NCBI GenBank assembly: GCA_964276515.1
Contig: OZ193910.1
Coordinates: 8,618,001 to 8,682,000 of the forward strand
Length of the DNA: 64,000 nt
Origin: Gordius albopunctatus
Taxonomy: Eukaryota
Direction of reading: 5' to 3'
Below the pieces are notes generated by a model. That model was not told the origin of the DNA. It ran no database searches and saw nothing but the letters and a program-made list of their open reading frames with translations. Shown here piece by piece: positions 13,501 to 27,208 of this stretch (position 1 is the first letter of the stretch; each line of letters begins with the position of its first letter). The translations under genes and the position numbers were made by a program.

Positions 13501-15253
13501 CATTCTGGCCCCTTCCCACCTTTCTCGCCCATAAATTGCATAGCAAATATGCTACTTTTATACGGAGTATAGATGAGTCGTTCCCCCTTCCCTCCTGCAC
13601 CTCCCTTCCCCTTCCCACTAGGGCCGAAGGCCCGAGTTTATTTATAGGATTAATTAAATATTATTAAAAATAAATATTAGACTTACACATTTTATATATT
13701 GAAATGGGGCACGAATTTTATCACGTCATGGATTTTATGAACCCACTATTTTCAGTGTATATATAATATGTATGTAAGGGCTAAATTCTAAAACTACCGG
13801 CCCGATTCGCGCGAAAATTTAGCCGTAGATGCTCAGGGGGGCCAGGGGTGAAATAGCTTTTTCAGAATCCTATAATACCTTTTCGTTTTAAATATATCGG
13901 ACATTTCCTGACCAGTTTAATTTATAGCATCATATACAATAATGACGTCAGGAAAGTTAGAATATAAGTAGAAATATGTATTATTTATTTGTAGGATTAA
14001 TTTAATATTATTAAAAATAAATATTAGACTTATAAATTTTATATATTGAAATGGGGCAGGAATTTTATCACGTCATGGATTTTATGAACCCACTATTTTT
14101 AGTGTATATATAATAAGACAAACCAATTTACTTATGATAATTTGTCTGACTTATTTGATCCCACATCGCCCCCATACGTGTGACATTTGTATTTTTTTAT
14201 ATAATACGTTCTTATAATGTACATTGTTATTACATAACTTTTTCAAGATCGTGTCCCCAAATAAATTATATGCTTCTATGGCCATGTGATAATAATGGCA
14301 GCTCATTAATTTTGTTGCCAGTTTTATTAGTTGAGTTTTTAAAAAAAAAATTTGGTAGTTTTAAATTTTCTTATTTATATTTTTTACTTTTTTAAAAAAT
14401 ATTTTTAAAATTTTTTATAGTATGTACAGATGGCGCTAAAGCTAAACTTTATCCACCGTAATTCTGTCTTAATTTTTCCATATATAACAAAGTGATGCGA
14501 ATGAGAAAAAAAGTATTATTTAAGAGTGGTTAAGAAAACAATAAATAAAAAGTTTTCTCTCCCCTGCATTCCCCGACAAACTCTTTACCTGCAATTAGTT
14601 ATTTACGTTTACTTTCCATCGATTGTAAAACAAAACTACAATTTAGATAAATCTTCTGCAAAAAATATCCCCACACACTTAAAGTAAGTTAGTTAATTTG
14701 TCAGACATAATGTATATGGCAAAACAACGTTTGCCGGGCTTATATAGTATAATATAAATACATGAAATATAAAAGTTTCCCCTTATGTTTTATTTTGGTG
14801 CGGCTTAAGGATTTATTGCTGATTAAATAATTATTTTTACTTATTTTGTTGTGCCCTTCTTTCCTTTAATTTTTTTATACCATTTTTTATTCACACTGAA
14901 AGTGAGCCAACCCATGAATTGCATAACAATTGTTATATAGGCCATCTATTGCATCGTGCAATTGTTTTCGTTTAACATTTAATATTATCTCAGCACATTT
15001 TAATTTCAAGTTAAAAAATTTTTAACTAATAAAAATCATTTGGTAAATTTTCTTCGCTTTTATTAAATTATACTTATAATAAAAATTTTGTTTATATTTT
15101 TTTAAAAATAGTAATATTATTTAAACAATTTTCTAGATGCTACATCAAATGAAATCATCTGATACTCCACTCAATACTGTCAATAAGTTATGGGACAAAC
15201 AAAAAGAAGTCAAAACACCCTACCTTGTTTTAAGTGGAAAAAATGCTCATTAA
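4508..15253 (+). CDS. SART1: U4/U6.U5 tri-snRNP-associated protein 1 (SART1/Snu66), ~696 aa
   Basis: Exons 4508-4674, 4852-4922, 4958-5096, 5130-5322, 6417-6513, 9257-9420, 9475-9550, 9818-9900, 9962-10021, 10067-10146, 10190-10242, 10323-10453, 10498-10659, 11397-11574, 11735-11889, 11988-12152, 15137-15253 (2091 nt, in frame). Motifs: HIND-like [75 protein letters not shown]. Confidence 0.95.
6578..7448. mobile_element. Non-autonomous pogo/Tc1-mariner-like element in SART1 intron 5
   Basis: TIRs GGGGAGATCGGGCCTAT / ATAGCCCCGGTCTCCCC, preceded by TA. Termini and subtermini are homologous to 25432-27858. Confidence 0.75.
12655..14747 (+). mobile_element. Non-autonomous Helitron-like element in the last SART1 intron
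   Basis: Starts A|TCTATATATATAAAG with a (TATG)n tract. Ends with hairpin GGCAAAACAACGTTTGCC then ..ATAG|T, with no TSD. Internal tandem duplications. Fragments of the same family at ~16630-16780 and ~25010-25180 (-). Confidence 0.75.
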
Positions 15254-15669
15254 AGGAGTGGCCATGAAAAAAATATATTTTTTGATGAAAATGTAATTAC
15301 TTGATATATTTAATGCATAAATAAAATCTATGGCCAGAATAATGATAAATTTTGATTTTATAACCGTCTAACATTTTTTAATATGGACAATAAATACTGA
15401 TAGCCCGCTATTTTTAAATTAGAGTTCTGAAAGTTTTGCGTTCTTTTGTTTATCTATTCGATATACAAGGTTTTGGCTCTAATGAAATCTCCAGACAAAT
15501 TTTTCTAAATTTATCTAAAATTTAAGGAGTGTTTCAACTTATTACTTGTAAAAATGTTATGCTTATGCTTACTCTTCCAAATATAATTGTAATTCTATTG
15601 AATTCATGAGCGTCAATTATATAACATTACATTTGTCGATTTGTTTCCTCGGTATACACCTCCAAAAAG

Positions 15670-15806
15670 GGGCAAAATGCTCTTTTGCATTATTTCAAAA
15701 ACTTGACATATAGGAAAAAAACTATAAATATATTCGTGTTCACCACACCAAAAAACTCAACAAAAACATGTCAACTTTTTTCAGGTTGATTTCTCGTTGA
15801 CTAGTG
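15670..15806. mobile_element. Terminal fragment of a Chapaev-like (CMC) DNA transposon
   Basis: AAAACTTGACATATAGGAAAAAAAC...GACTAGTG|TTA is similar to 55960-56044; CAC terminus on the minus strand. Confidence 0.45.
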
Positions 15807-17139
15807 TTATTAAGGTCAAACACGACGTTTAAATCGATTGCTCTTGACAAATATTATAAAATTTAAAAAAACAATATATTTTTGATTATGTACACTGCAA
15901 ACGCTATATTTAAGTGTTTTATTCCGATATAATGTTTTTTATAAATTACTTCACTAATTATTAATTAACTATTTTAAATACGTCGGAATTTTATTCAAAT
16001 AAATAGGGCACTATTGCTTAAAAATAAAAAAAAATACTATTTAAATTTTGATGCACGGAAATATTAAATATAGTTTGATCTCTGAGAAAAATAGTGAATT
16101 TAAAGGTGCTATGGGTTTGGAAGTACAAATATATCTTGTATAATATATCTCCCTTGTTGCTTTTACGTTTAAAAATGGCTAAATTGTGCAAGAAAAAGCA
16201 TATTTTTTGTGACACTGTAAAAAATGTTATAAAATAGCAGGTAAAAAATGGTAAAGCAACAGGTTAAAAACCTTCGGGGAAATTTAATACCATTGCTAAA
16301 TATATTATTTCGTATAGCGTTTGTGATGATTAGAATCTAAAAAGTCCAATATATGTTAACTAAATTCCTGCAATTCATGTACGACCTTAGCCAAGAACTT
16401 TTACTTCTAACTTAATAATCCTGCCCCTTACAATCTTTTGTTATAAAGCAGAATTATCAAATAAAATAAATTTTCTATAGTATAAATCGATGTGGTTAAG
16501 CAAGATGGCAGCTAATTTTTAAGTTTTATTGTATTTAGATATAATTGAGTCCCATCTTTTAATATAAAATTTTATATCATTATACAAACAAAAAAATATT
16601 ATAACGGTATATAAATAATTAACTAATTATTTTGCATTTAATACCCCCCCCCTATAGGCATTCTCGCCTCTTCCCACCTTTCTCACCCATAAATTGCATA
16701 GCAAATATTCTACGTTTATACGGAGTATAGATGAGTTTCGTTCCCCCTTCCCTTCCCACGAGTGCGAAGGCCCGAGTGCTTTATTGCTATCAATACTTTA
16801 TAACCAAGATTAGTATAGCGAAAGAAAAATTAAACTTATCTTTTTTTAATATATTGATCTGACTTTAAAATTGTAAAATATAATTTAGCGATCAAAAATC
16901 TTTAATGATTTATAGCTTACATTATTTTTAAAGTTTCATTAATAATGAACTACCACTTCACACTATTTAAATACTATTTAAAAATATTATTTTGTTGATA
17001 TATTATTTACCTTTCGCGAGTCAAATTTAAATTTGCGTTCAAATAAAACAATCAGATTTAAAAAAACAAAAGGAATTAAGATTAACTTAATGAATGATCT
17101 TCAATTATAAATTTCGATATTAATTAAAAAATATTATAC

Positions 17140-17322
17140 ATAATGGCATTATTTTTAAAGATATGTCCCGTGTATTTTGCAATGTAAGATTCATAACCCT
17201 TGACCCGACATAAATCCAACCCGACCCGACCCGAAATCATATTAAAATTTTCGAACCCGACCCGACCCGAAGAAATTTTAAATTTTTGACGCTCCGGGTC
17301 GGGTCACCCGTGCAGTTCTCTA
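17140..17322. mobile_element. hAT MITE end
   Basis: ACCCG arrays ending CACCCGTGCAGTTCTCTA, the reverse complement of the terminus at 24105. A related end lies at ~31650-31692. Confidence 0.75.
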
Positions 17323-18094
17323 TGCATGATATATGCACAGTTAGGCTCGGTCTTAATACGCGCTACAACATCAACCCCGCCGTCCAAATACGCGATTCAC
17401 GTTTCATGGATACAATTTCTTTATTAATCCTTTTACTCTCTGAGTATGCTTTGGAAAAACGATTAGAAGGAAAAAAAATGTATTACATGAACAAAGACAT
17501 GATTTTGGGGAGTTTGAAACTAATTAGAAAAATATTCAAGAATTTGTTTCAGTTATTTTACCCCCTTGCCTCGGAGTATCTAGAAGAGGTGGGGGGGGGG
17601 CAGTTGCCCCCTAATTTTTAAAAATTGTAAATATAAAACAAAATAACGTTAAAATTTCAAAATATTATCATTTCGCCACCCCTCAATCAAACATTTTGCC
17701 ACCCCTCCTTTATGGAATCATTTCTTAGGCCCTTGCAAATCTTTTTAAGCTTTATTGGACCCTGAATTTGTCATATAAATAGAGAAAATTGAAATTATAA
17801 AATATAGCTTTTATTATATAAGATCTGGCAAAGGAATGGGAAGAGTGTTGTTGATCTTTTTGATCAACTCCGTAAAGTCTATCGAATAAATATGCCATCA
17901 AATTAGGAAAATGATTATAAAAGATTTTGTTTCCAACCTTATGAATATAGGGCTACTTATGGGGGTGGGGGTGTTGATCCTTAAAGAAAAAAATTTGATT
18001 TAGATTTCATTCGTTTAATATTTTAAATTATTATAAGAAGGTATTAGAAGATAAAAATTTGCTAACTACGTTTAATTTAAAATTATTACATAGC

Positions 18095-21000
18095 CAGAAA
18101 TACCTTGTAGTGGTGGTTGAGCTTGTGTACTCTCGTGATCCAAGAAGCTATACCTTTGGTAGCCAAACACAATTTTTGTGTTTGTTACTGGTGGGGTCAT
18201 CCTATTGGCAAGGTTCTTGGTGAAGGGTCAGACTAAAATTTCTGGGCTTTTTGAGGGAGTACTAGTGAAATGGAAGTGCTAGATTAAGCCTATCAATACG
18301 AGTGGTCTAAAGAAAAGTTTAATTCACCAAAATGACGGCATCATAAAGAATAGCAGGTAGTCAAGCGCAAAAATCTAACATAGTTCCGTCAGGCTTGGAA
18401 GGCCGGGATATCAATACTCCCTCATTCCTAGAGCCCTGAAAAATGAAAATTTTTCTGCCCGAGCCCGAACGACTTTTTATTTTTAGGTCCGACCCGAGCC
18501 CGAGCCCGACCCGATTTTTCAAATAAAAAATTTAAAAAAAATATTTGAAAACTTTTGAAAATTATTTCACCATATAAATACATAATGCATTACATTGTTA
18601 TTACTCGAAAGTTACAACTAGGATAAGTTAAAAATAAAATTTTAATTTTCACTTGCTACAATTAATTCAGCTAAATGGATATCTAACTAATTAAAATATA
18701 TTTTAACTAACAGTTCCAAAAAACACCTTTTAAAATATTTCTTTATTTTAATTCTAATGTAACGGCTACTAGGAATATATTTAAATACCAGAATAAGATT
18801 TGAAATTTAGGCCAAAATATTTTAATAGACAGGGGAAAAGCTGAAACTTGGAAATATTATGTTTGGTGTACGAAGATAATTATTTAATATCGAGTTGAGT
18901 TTGTTTATATCATATTTTATAAAAGATTAGTTTGCCTTAGTCTTACGGGCCAAGCTCGGGCGTCGTAGCCCAACCCCCGATTGTTTTATTAAATTCTGCC
19001 CGAGCCCGACCCAAAGCCGGATCGGGCTCGGGCCGGGCTTCGAGCGGCACGTGCAGGGCTCTACTCATTCCATATAAACCAAAATGTATACTATGAAAGT
19101 TCGTAATAATGAAAGTAATGAAAGCGCTAGGGCGTCCTCCGTAAACGACGCGCATGGTAGGCGCCCGTATCATATGAAAAGTCAACGAGCGTTACTACAT
19201 CTTCCGAAAATGGATATAGTTAAATAAACTAGTTTGCTAAGGACGAGATTGAGAGTGGACTCGCTAAATGTTGGAAAGATGACTGCAAAATGCCGAGAAG
19301 TTGCTGACACCCTCAGCAAGCTCAATATAGCGTGTATACAGGAAACAAGATGGAAAGGCGCAAAAGCAAGGATGATAGGTGAAGGCTATAAACTTTACTT
19401 CAATGGCCTAGAAATGAATAAAAATGGCGTAGCAATCATATTAGCTTCCCATCTGCAAGATAAAGTCATTAAAGTACAAAGAAAAAGTGGGCGACTCATG
19501 ATGTTGAAACTATGCATAGAAGGTCAAATGATTAATGTAGTTTCCGGATATGCTCCGCAAACAGGATGCACAGATGAAGAAAAAGAGGACTTTCGCGAAG
19601 AATCAGACGAAACGCTGCGAATGATATCCAGAGCTGAGATAGTTATAATTGGAGCGGATATGAATGTTCAAGTAGGCAAAACAAGAGAAGGATTTAAACG
19701 GTACCATGGTTGAAATGGATACAAAGCGAGAAACGATGAAGGCGACGAAATATTGAAAATACCCGTAGCATTTGATTTGGCCATCACAAATACCTTCTTC
19801 AAAAAGAATGTAAATCACCTAATAACGTACAAAAGTGGAAATCGATCTTCGCAGATTGACTTTCTCCTAATATCAAGACAGGAATTAAAAAATGTACGAG
19901 ATTGTAAGGTGATACCAAGTGAAGCTATTGCCGCCCAGCATAGCCTTGTTGTGATGGACTATATCATCTTCAAGGCTAAAACATAAAAGCCGAAGAGATT
20001 AAATGAGAAAATCAAATGGTTCCGACTACCAAAATTGAAAGATATTTACAATGACCAAATAGTTGAAAGGCTGCAAATAGATTATCAGCAGAATGCTAAC
20101 AATAGTTGGAATAACATAGCTAACACGGTACGATCAGTAGCGAGATGTGTTCTAGGAGAAGGTAAACTAGGTATACAGAAAGATAAGGAGACATGGTGGT
20201 GGAACGAAGATGTGCAACTCCTGGTCAAATTGAAAAGAAAGCTTTACAAATTATGGTCAGGCAACAGAAATGAAGAAACACGTTTGGCATATGCGAAAGC
20301 TAGAAACGAGGCAAAACGTTGTGTAGGCAAGGCTAAAACATAGGTCTACAAAAATTTGAATGCCAAGTTAACCAGTAAAGAAGGGGAAAGAATGATCTAC
20401 AAAATCGCAAAGACCAGAGCAAGGAACTCAAAGGATGTGGTAAACGTGAAAACCATAAAGAGCAAAGATGGCATCACTCTAACTCTGGACCATCAAATCA
20501 TAGATCGTTGGGAAGAATACTATAAAGAATTATTAAACAGTGAAAATGGGTTTACGGACTACTGGGAAAGCAAGACCTATGAATATGACCCAGAGTTAGA
20601 AGTGACAGAAGAAGAGGTTGACCAGGTGCTTAAAAAGATGACCATGGGTAGAGCGGTGGGACCTGATAATATACCTATGGAAGCTTTCAAAATGCTAGGA
20701 CCCTTAGGTGTACATCTACTTGCAAAGCTGTTTAACAAAATACTTGCAAGTGGTATGATGCCTGATGAGTGGAGGGAAAGCTATGTTATACCTATCTATA
20801 AATTGAAGGGAGATGTACAAGAATGCAACAACTATTGAGGGATAAAGTTAATGAGTCACATAATGAAGGTGTGGGAAAAGGTTATAGAGGCTAGACTCCG
20901 AAAAATAATATCAATAGATGAACGACAATTTGGGTTCATGCCTGGAAAGTCGTGCAATACATGGTCTTAGGAGACTTATGGAATTATATAAGGAAAAACA

Positions 21001-22018
21001 AAAGGATCTTCACATGTGTTTCATCGATCTTGAGAAAGCTTTCGATAAAGTGCGAAGGCAGTTGATATGGGATAGCCTGAGTTCCAATGGTGTACCCAAC
21101 GCTTATATAATGTTAATAAAGGATATGTATAGAAAAGCAAAAACCAAAGTACGGACATCCAGTGTTACATCAAAGGGATTCAGTCTAAATGTCGGTGTGC
21201 ATCAAGGATCGGCCCTAAGTCCATTGCTCTTCATAACAATAATGGATTCAAAAACGAAGGACCTGAAACGCGAATCACCTTGGGCAATGCTTTTTGCGGA
21301 TGATATCGTCCTGTGCGCAGGCTCAAACGTGGAATTAGCAGAGCAGGTAAAAGTGTGGATGGAAAGAATTGATGACAAATACCTTAGGGTCAACCGAGAT
21401 AAAACTGAATATGTATGCTTGGAGTCGGGGAATGAATACAAAGAAACATACCTGCAAATCGATAGTAAGTAACTACAACAGGTACAATGTGATGGACATG
21501 GAGGTGTGGAAAACAAAATTAAGGCAAGAATAAACGCAGGCTGACTAAAATGCAGGGAGTTGAGTGGTGTCCTATGTGACAAGCACATACCACTCAAATT
21601 GAAAGGACGGTTATATAACACCGTTATTGTACCCACGGTATTGTATGGAGCGGAAACCTGGGCAATTAGGGCAAAAGAGGAGCAAAGCTTGGGTACAATG
21701 GAGATGCGAATGTTAAGATGAATCTTGGGAATAAGCAAAAAGGACCATATAAGGAATCAAGACATAAGGGATAAACTAAATGTAGTTCCAATTCAGAGAA
21801 ATCTGGTGGTAAGAAGATTGAGATGGTATTGCCATTTGGAGAGACGGGAGGAAAGTCACTTGGCAAATCGTATCAAGAAGGTGCAAGTCGAAGGTAAGCG
21901 AAAGAGAGGGAGACCTAAACTGACATGGAAGCATAAAATAGATATTGACTTGAGGTTGAGAAGGTACGAGCTAAAGCGAAACTGGTGTAAGTGCAGTAAT
22001 ACATGGAGAACCTTGTAG
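18095..22018 (+). mobile_element. Near full-length decayed RTE-clade non-LTR retrotransposon (APE endonuclease + RT)
   Basis: APE motifs CIQETRW, GYAPQ, GADMN, SQIDF. RT motifs FIDLEKAFD, GVHQGSALSP, LFADD, LYGAETW, RGRPK. Several stops and frameshifts. RTE-type 5'UTR (ACCTTGTAGTGGTGG...GATCCAAGAAGCTAT). Confidence 0.93.
18429..19063. mobile_element. hAT MITE inserted in the RTE 5'UTR
   Basis: TIRs TAGAGCCCTG / CAGGGCTCTA, 8-bp TSD CTCATTCC (18421-18428, 19064-19071), CCCGA subterminal arrays. Confidence 0.9.
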
Positions 22019-23199
22019 GGGGGCATAGGTAATTATCTAGTGATGGTGATTTGCTCCAATGAGAATTTCTCACTGTGGGCTCTGCCCCCTCACCCGCACT
22101 GTGTATCCTACTCTAGTCATGAGGCTGTTTATGTACTAGATGACAATGCTCGAGAGACGAAGGGGTAGTAGCAAAAAGTAACTCATGTATAGAGCTGTGT
22201 GCCTGAGCAGCATTATAAGTTGACTAACCGATTTCATATGAGCAAATGCTATGAGCAAGCAGTTTATCTAAACTGCTCATAACATAATGTTCTAATTAAA
22301 GCGTCCTTAGTTTTAACACAGTACATTCTGTTGTTCAACAATTATTGTGGCTATTTGAATAGGCGTAAGTCGGATTTCCTAAAGGGGGGGGGGGGGTAAA
22401 AATTTTTTAAGATCAAATTTTTTGTTAATGATCTTATAATATATTTTTTATACATGCCAAAAATTAAAAAAAAATTATTTAATTATAAATTTTTAAATTT
22501 TCTGTCTCACCCAGGTGGTAATAATCTGTTTGACAATTTTAATATGGTTTAACTTTATATTTTATCGTTTTTAAGAACAGGTGTCAATGTTAAAATTTTA
22601 TTAAAGGTACGAACTAATATTTTTTTCGATGTTGATTATATATATCTAAAATGATTTTTAAAAATTTATTTTTTATAAATGGCGAAATTATATTTTATTT
22701 TATAAATATTTTTGACATTCTAAATATGACTTAATTTTTCTAAATTTATATTTAATAATATTTTTAGTCCAGGTCACAATGCAAGGTTTTATAAAAAGTG
22801 GGAAATTTATTCTTTATATATGGCTAAAATAGCTTAATGATATTAAAATTTATTTTTTATACATGAAAATTTTTGGCATTATAAATTTTTTAATTTTCTG
22901 TCTCACCCAAATGCTAATAAATTTTTTGACATTTTTAATATGGTCTTTTAAGCCAGGTTAGAATGTAATATTTTTATTAAAGGTGTGAATTTATTTTTTT
23001 GGCAAATGATTTTGAAATTTATTGTTTAAAACATGGCAAAAATATTTTTATTTTATTTACATATATTTGATTTAGATGTCTTATATCTGTTTCTAGTTCA
23101 AATTAAAGTATTGACACCAAATCAGCATTATTATTTTATTAAATGTCACCAAAAATACACATAAATTACAACTAATATTATTTTAAATTAACATTTCCC

Positions 23200-24480
23200 C
23201 AAGACTTTACACACATAATTTGGGTAATCGTATTTGAGTTATACTTTATTTATCTGTGTTAAAATGAGGTAGGTGCTATTCCACCTTGTTGAGACATCAA
23301 GGGGAATTAAGGGTCCCGCAAGCCCTTTAAATTTTTGCAAAAACTGCGGGGATGTATGCAGTTTGCGAACGAAGTCATGGACTCTCTCCAAATGGGAATA
23401 GAGTGACCCCACGCCGGATCTTGCTATAATATTAATCGTATGAGCTAAAAAACGAATGTTGTAACATTCATTTAGGTGGGTATCTTTCAACAATTGTGCG
23501 ATTTCTCGCGATGCATTCACTACATTAGCTCCATTATCGTGTGTAATGGTGAGTAACTTTCGGGACAACCCATGCTCGTTTATTACCTTGAGAATGAGAT
23601 GTCTAATATCCCCCGATCGATGTGGATAAGGGAAATCCACAAAAGCGAGTAAATAATTTTTCAGCTCCCAATCCTCATTCACAAAATGCATTGTTACGGC
23701 ACAAAAAGTTGTTGAGTTCATGACTGTCCACAAATCAGTACTGATACTGATTTTACTTTTAACGGTCTGGATTTTGGCATTTAATTGGTTTTTGTACTCA
23801 TCATATACGGCTTTTAAATTACTTTTTGCCGTTTTATTGAGGTATGTATAAGTATTTTTGAAAGTCACATCAGCAAATAAAGTGATTGGGAGGTAATTAT
23901 CTACTATTACTTTCAAAATTTGCATATTTAAGTGTGTGTTTTGTTCCAAAGTCATTTTTTTCCAGCCAATTAGGCTTTTTTGTTGGATATTGTTTTCAAT
24001 GTTAATAGCAGGTTGATTTGTTTTGAAGTGTTTTCGCAGAGTCGCTTTTAATTTTTGAATGAAAAATAAAACTTTTAATAAAACCTTGAATATATAATGT
24101 TGGGTAGAGAACTGCACGGGTGACCCGAGACCCGACCCTCCGATCCGACCTAGGGTCGGGTTCGGGTAGAAAATTATTATTTCAGGTCGGGTCGGGTCCG
24201 GGTAGAAAACTTGAAAATGTTTTCAGGTCGGGTTCGTGTTGAAAATTTTTAAATGCTTTAGGGTCGGGTCGGGTCAAATTTATAGAGTCGGGTCCAAGGT
24301 TTATACATTGTAAAAAACACGCGAGACCTATTTTTTTAATTAATGTTAATTGCTAAGAGATGTATTGCTCGAATATTTTCTGGAACAGTCCTGACAGGTC
24401 TTGTGCCCTTTGGTAGGGGTCATTGAAAATTTTGAATGTATTAAGCTTCTACCTTGTTGTGCTTGTGGTTCTAGTGTCGA
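23200..24480 (-). pseudogene. Truncated hAT (Ac/ZBED-like) transposase
   Basis: ORF 23239-24117 has ISTDLWT, AVTMHF, ITHDNGANV, RFLAHTINII, DVSTRWNST. An upstream minus-strand exon at ~24355-24480 translates GRSLIHSKF..TCQDCSRKYSSNTS (BED finger N-half). The C-terminal dimerisation domain is missing. Confidence 0.85.
24105..24350. mobile_element. hAT terminal/subterminal segment lying within the transposase gene
   Basis: TAGAGAACTGCACGGGTGACCCG plus CGGGT arrays; homologous to 17140-17322. Confidence 0.75.
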
Positions 24481-25979
24481 CTAAAGATTGTAATATTATT
24501 TAACAAAATTATAAAATTAGAGATCTCTCCTGAGGAACTTGTGAAGAAATCTCCAAAATTGACTCATCTGTTAATGAATTATTTGGCATAAAAATTTTTG
24601 GGTTAAGCGAATAATAAAATGGGGAGAGAGGAGGACTTTTTAAAATAAGAATAACAACGTTTTATGCTATGCGTATGAGAGATATAGAAGAGGGGATGGG
24701 CGATATCGATATATCACATAAGACATAATTAATTAACACATTCGTTGAGCAAAAGGGATGAGCAACTTGCTATCATCAGCAATTGCTCATACAAAACTAC
24801 TTTTATTTAAAGTTGTAAACAAGCTAATATTCCTAATGCTTGAGTTTGTATTTCATGTTACAACTTAACCTCTTAACCATTTTACCCCTCTTGATGACAG
24901 AGCTTATGCTTCCAAGCACATATGGTAGCTATTATGCTCCGTCCAAGTTGGAGCATAATAGCAACTTGACATCTCTATAATTATCAATGTTAACCTATAC
25001 CAATTCAAAAACGAAAAAAAAATTCGAACCACAATTTGGCCAATGGTCATTTTTTAATTGGTCAGTAGCTAGCGGACGGCCAAATAGTCATATTATCAAT
25101 GGTATTAACAAGAACAATACAATATATTATTTTAATTAAAAAAAAATTTGTCTCTCCGGGTATCGAACCAGTAGGTCAGAACGTTGGACGGACGGACGGA
25201 CAACAAAAAGCGCCCATAAATTTCATAGCAATTAAAAACGTCATATATATAATCTCCCTGTTGTTATTTTTAAATAGACAATTGAAAGCAAGAATGATCA
25301 GCTGCCCCCTGGCTACAAATTTTTTATATAATTAGTAAAATTATGGTTTAAATTTTAATAAATAACCATTATGTTCCTTTTTAGATAGCAAACTTTTTGT
25401 CCTTTTGAATCTTAGGTGGATCTGGTATTTAGGGGAGACCGGGGCTATCGTGTCCATAAAATTTCAAATAGGCCTGGACAAAACATATTAACCTATTTTC
25501 ATATACTTTTTTCAGAAAAATGTTCTTGTCAGCGGTGTTTATAAAGGGGAAAAAAATTATAGCAACACAGATAATAGATTTTTAGTAATAAGGTTTCAAA
25601 AAAAAAGACAACTTGTATAAATTCGGAAAATGCCCGGGGCTATTCTTATCCCTAAGCGGGGCTATATTATCCTTTGTATTTAAACTTAATAAACCTTTGA
25701 TTAAAAGAAATTAAACTCCTAAATTAACAAAATTATGACCACATACATTGTTTAAAATGCTTTTTCTATTGTTTACAATTTTGACATATAAAAAAATATC
25801 ATTATTGCAACATGATCCATGTGCCCACATGGAGAAACTTCTACATGCATACCATTCTTAGTTCTGATGATTTTTCTTATAGTATTTAGCACAAATTATG
25901 CAATTATCTTTAGAAAAATCAATTCCCTTTTTAACTTTTGTAATTGATTTGTTTTGAATAGTATATCAACATCAAGTAT

Positions 25980-26298
25980 CATATAATAATTTATAATTGC
26001 TAGATAGTAAAAGTTTATCTTTCATAACATATATAGTTTCATACAATAATTTATAATTGCTATAATATTATAAGTTTGTTTTTTAAAGCTATAAAGTTTC
26101 ATATAATAAATTATAATATTGCAAGATATTAAAAGTTTGTCTTTTCTAGCTTATAAAGTTTCATATGATAATTTATAATATTTTTAAATATTAAGTTTGT
26201 CTTTTATAGCTTATAAAGCTTCATATGATAATTTATAATATTTTTAAATATTAAGTTTGTCTTTTATAGCTTATAAAGCTTCATAAACAAATTTATAA
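25980..26298. repeat. AT-rich ~55-60-bp tandem repeat (~5-6 copies)
   Basis: CATATGATAATTTATAATA...TTATAAAGCTTT units; 26161-26220 and 26221-26280 are identical. Confidence 0.85.
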
Positions 26299-26417
26299 GG
26301 TAAATGTGTTTTTACAGAGATTGTTATGTTGAAATCATTGATTTAAATGCTTTATATAAAGGTGTCGCATAAACTTGACAATCATGAAATGGAATTAAAA
26401 TTAAAATTTATTGCATA

Positions 26418-27208
26418 CAAGCGTGTAGCCAGGATTTTCTCAAGGGGCCAGAAAATTTCAAACAAATTTTCGACACTTTTATTTGTAATATAACAAAAAT
26501 AAACTTCGCGTACAATATATGCGAAACTTCAAGGCGCTATATAACCAGCTTTGGAAAAATCTTTTCTTCATTAATCAGAGCATTTACTATCGCTTTTATA
26601 CCTTAAAAAGGACATCGACCTTATGCATTTATTCAACTGGCAGAAAATATTATCATTTAGGTTAAATTAAAAAATGCCGGAAACCAAAGCAAAATTATAC
26701 AGTCACTCAATCTGTTTACTTGACATTTTTTGGATTACAGCTAAATGTACGGTGTTTAGAAAAAAAACAAGTTTTAGCTAATTTCCAAATACTCTTAAAT
26801 GTAATAACAATATTTATAACAATTAATATATATAAGAAATCAATACTATATAAACATAAAATAAAAGCCTAAGTCACTTACTAGAAATACCAGGGTTTTG
26901 TATTTTAAGGGGGAAAAATTTTTGTATAGAATTCTTCATAATTTACAACTCTTCGCGGCAATCATACATACATACAATTTACAATCAATGGTGGAAAATT
27001 ATAATGTTGGATGCAAGTCGTAAATTTAATTCTAAAAATTGAATGTATATATTATGTTTCCAGACTTTTATACGTGTCTCAAAATCTTTTATGCAATTAA
27101 ACTATAATATTTTAACCCATTTAATCTAATTATTAAACAAAAAAAATTTTAAATTTTAGTCAAGGGGCCAGAAACGTCCCACTTTCTGCCCCCTTGGCTA
27201 CGCGCCTG
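26418..27208. mobile_element. hAT-type MITE nested in the pogo-like element
   Basis: CAAGCGTGTAGCCAGG / CTTGGCTACGCGCCTG termini, 8-bp TSD ATTGCATA. Confidence 0.85.

Noticed and set aside
21202..21738. Antisense and short ORFs from the track (e.g. 21202-21738, 43241-43642, 54115-54489, 12952-13223, 47195-47455)
   Set aside because: They are shadows of real coding strands or chance ORFs in repeats, with no recognisable motifs.
19234..22018. Alternative genetic code suggested by in-frame stops in RT ORFs
   Set aside because: The stops are of all three types and come with frameshifts, consistent with decay. The host genes read cleanly in the standard code.
25980..26298. CRISPR-like periodicity (also 2555-2832)
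   Set aside because: These are head-to-tail repeats without unique spacers, in a eukaryotic context with no cas genes.
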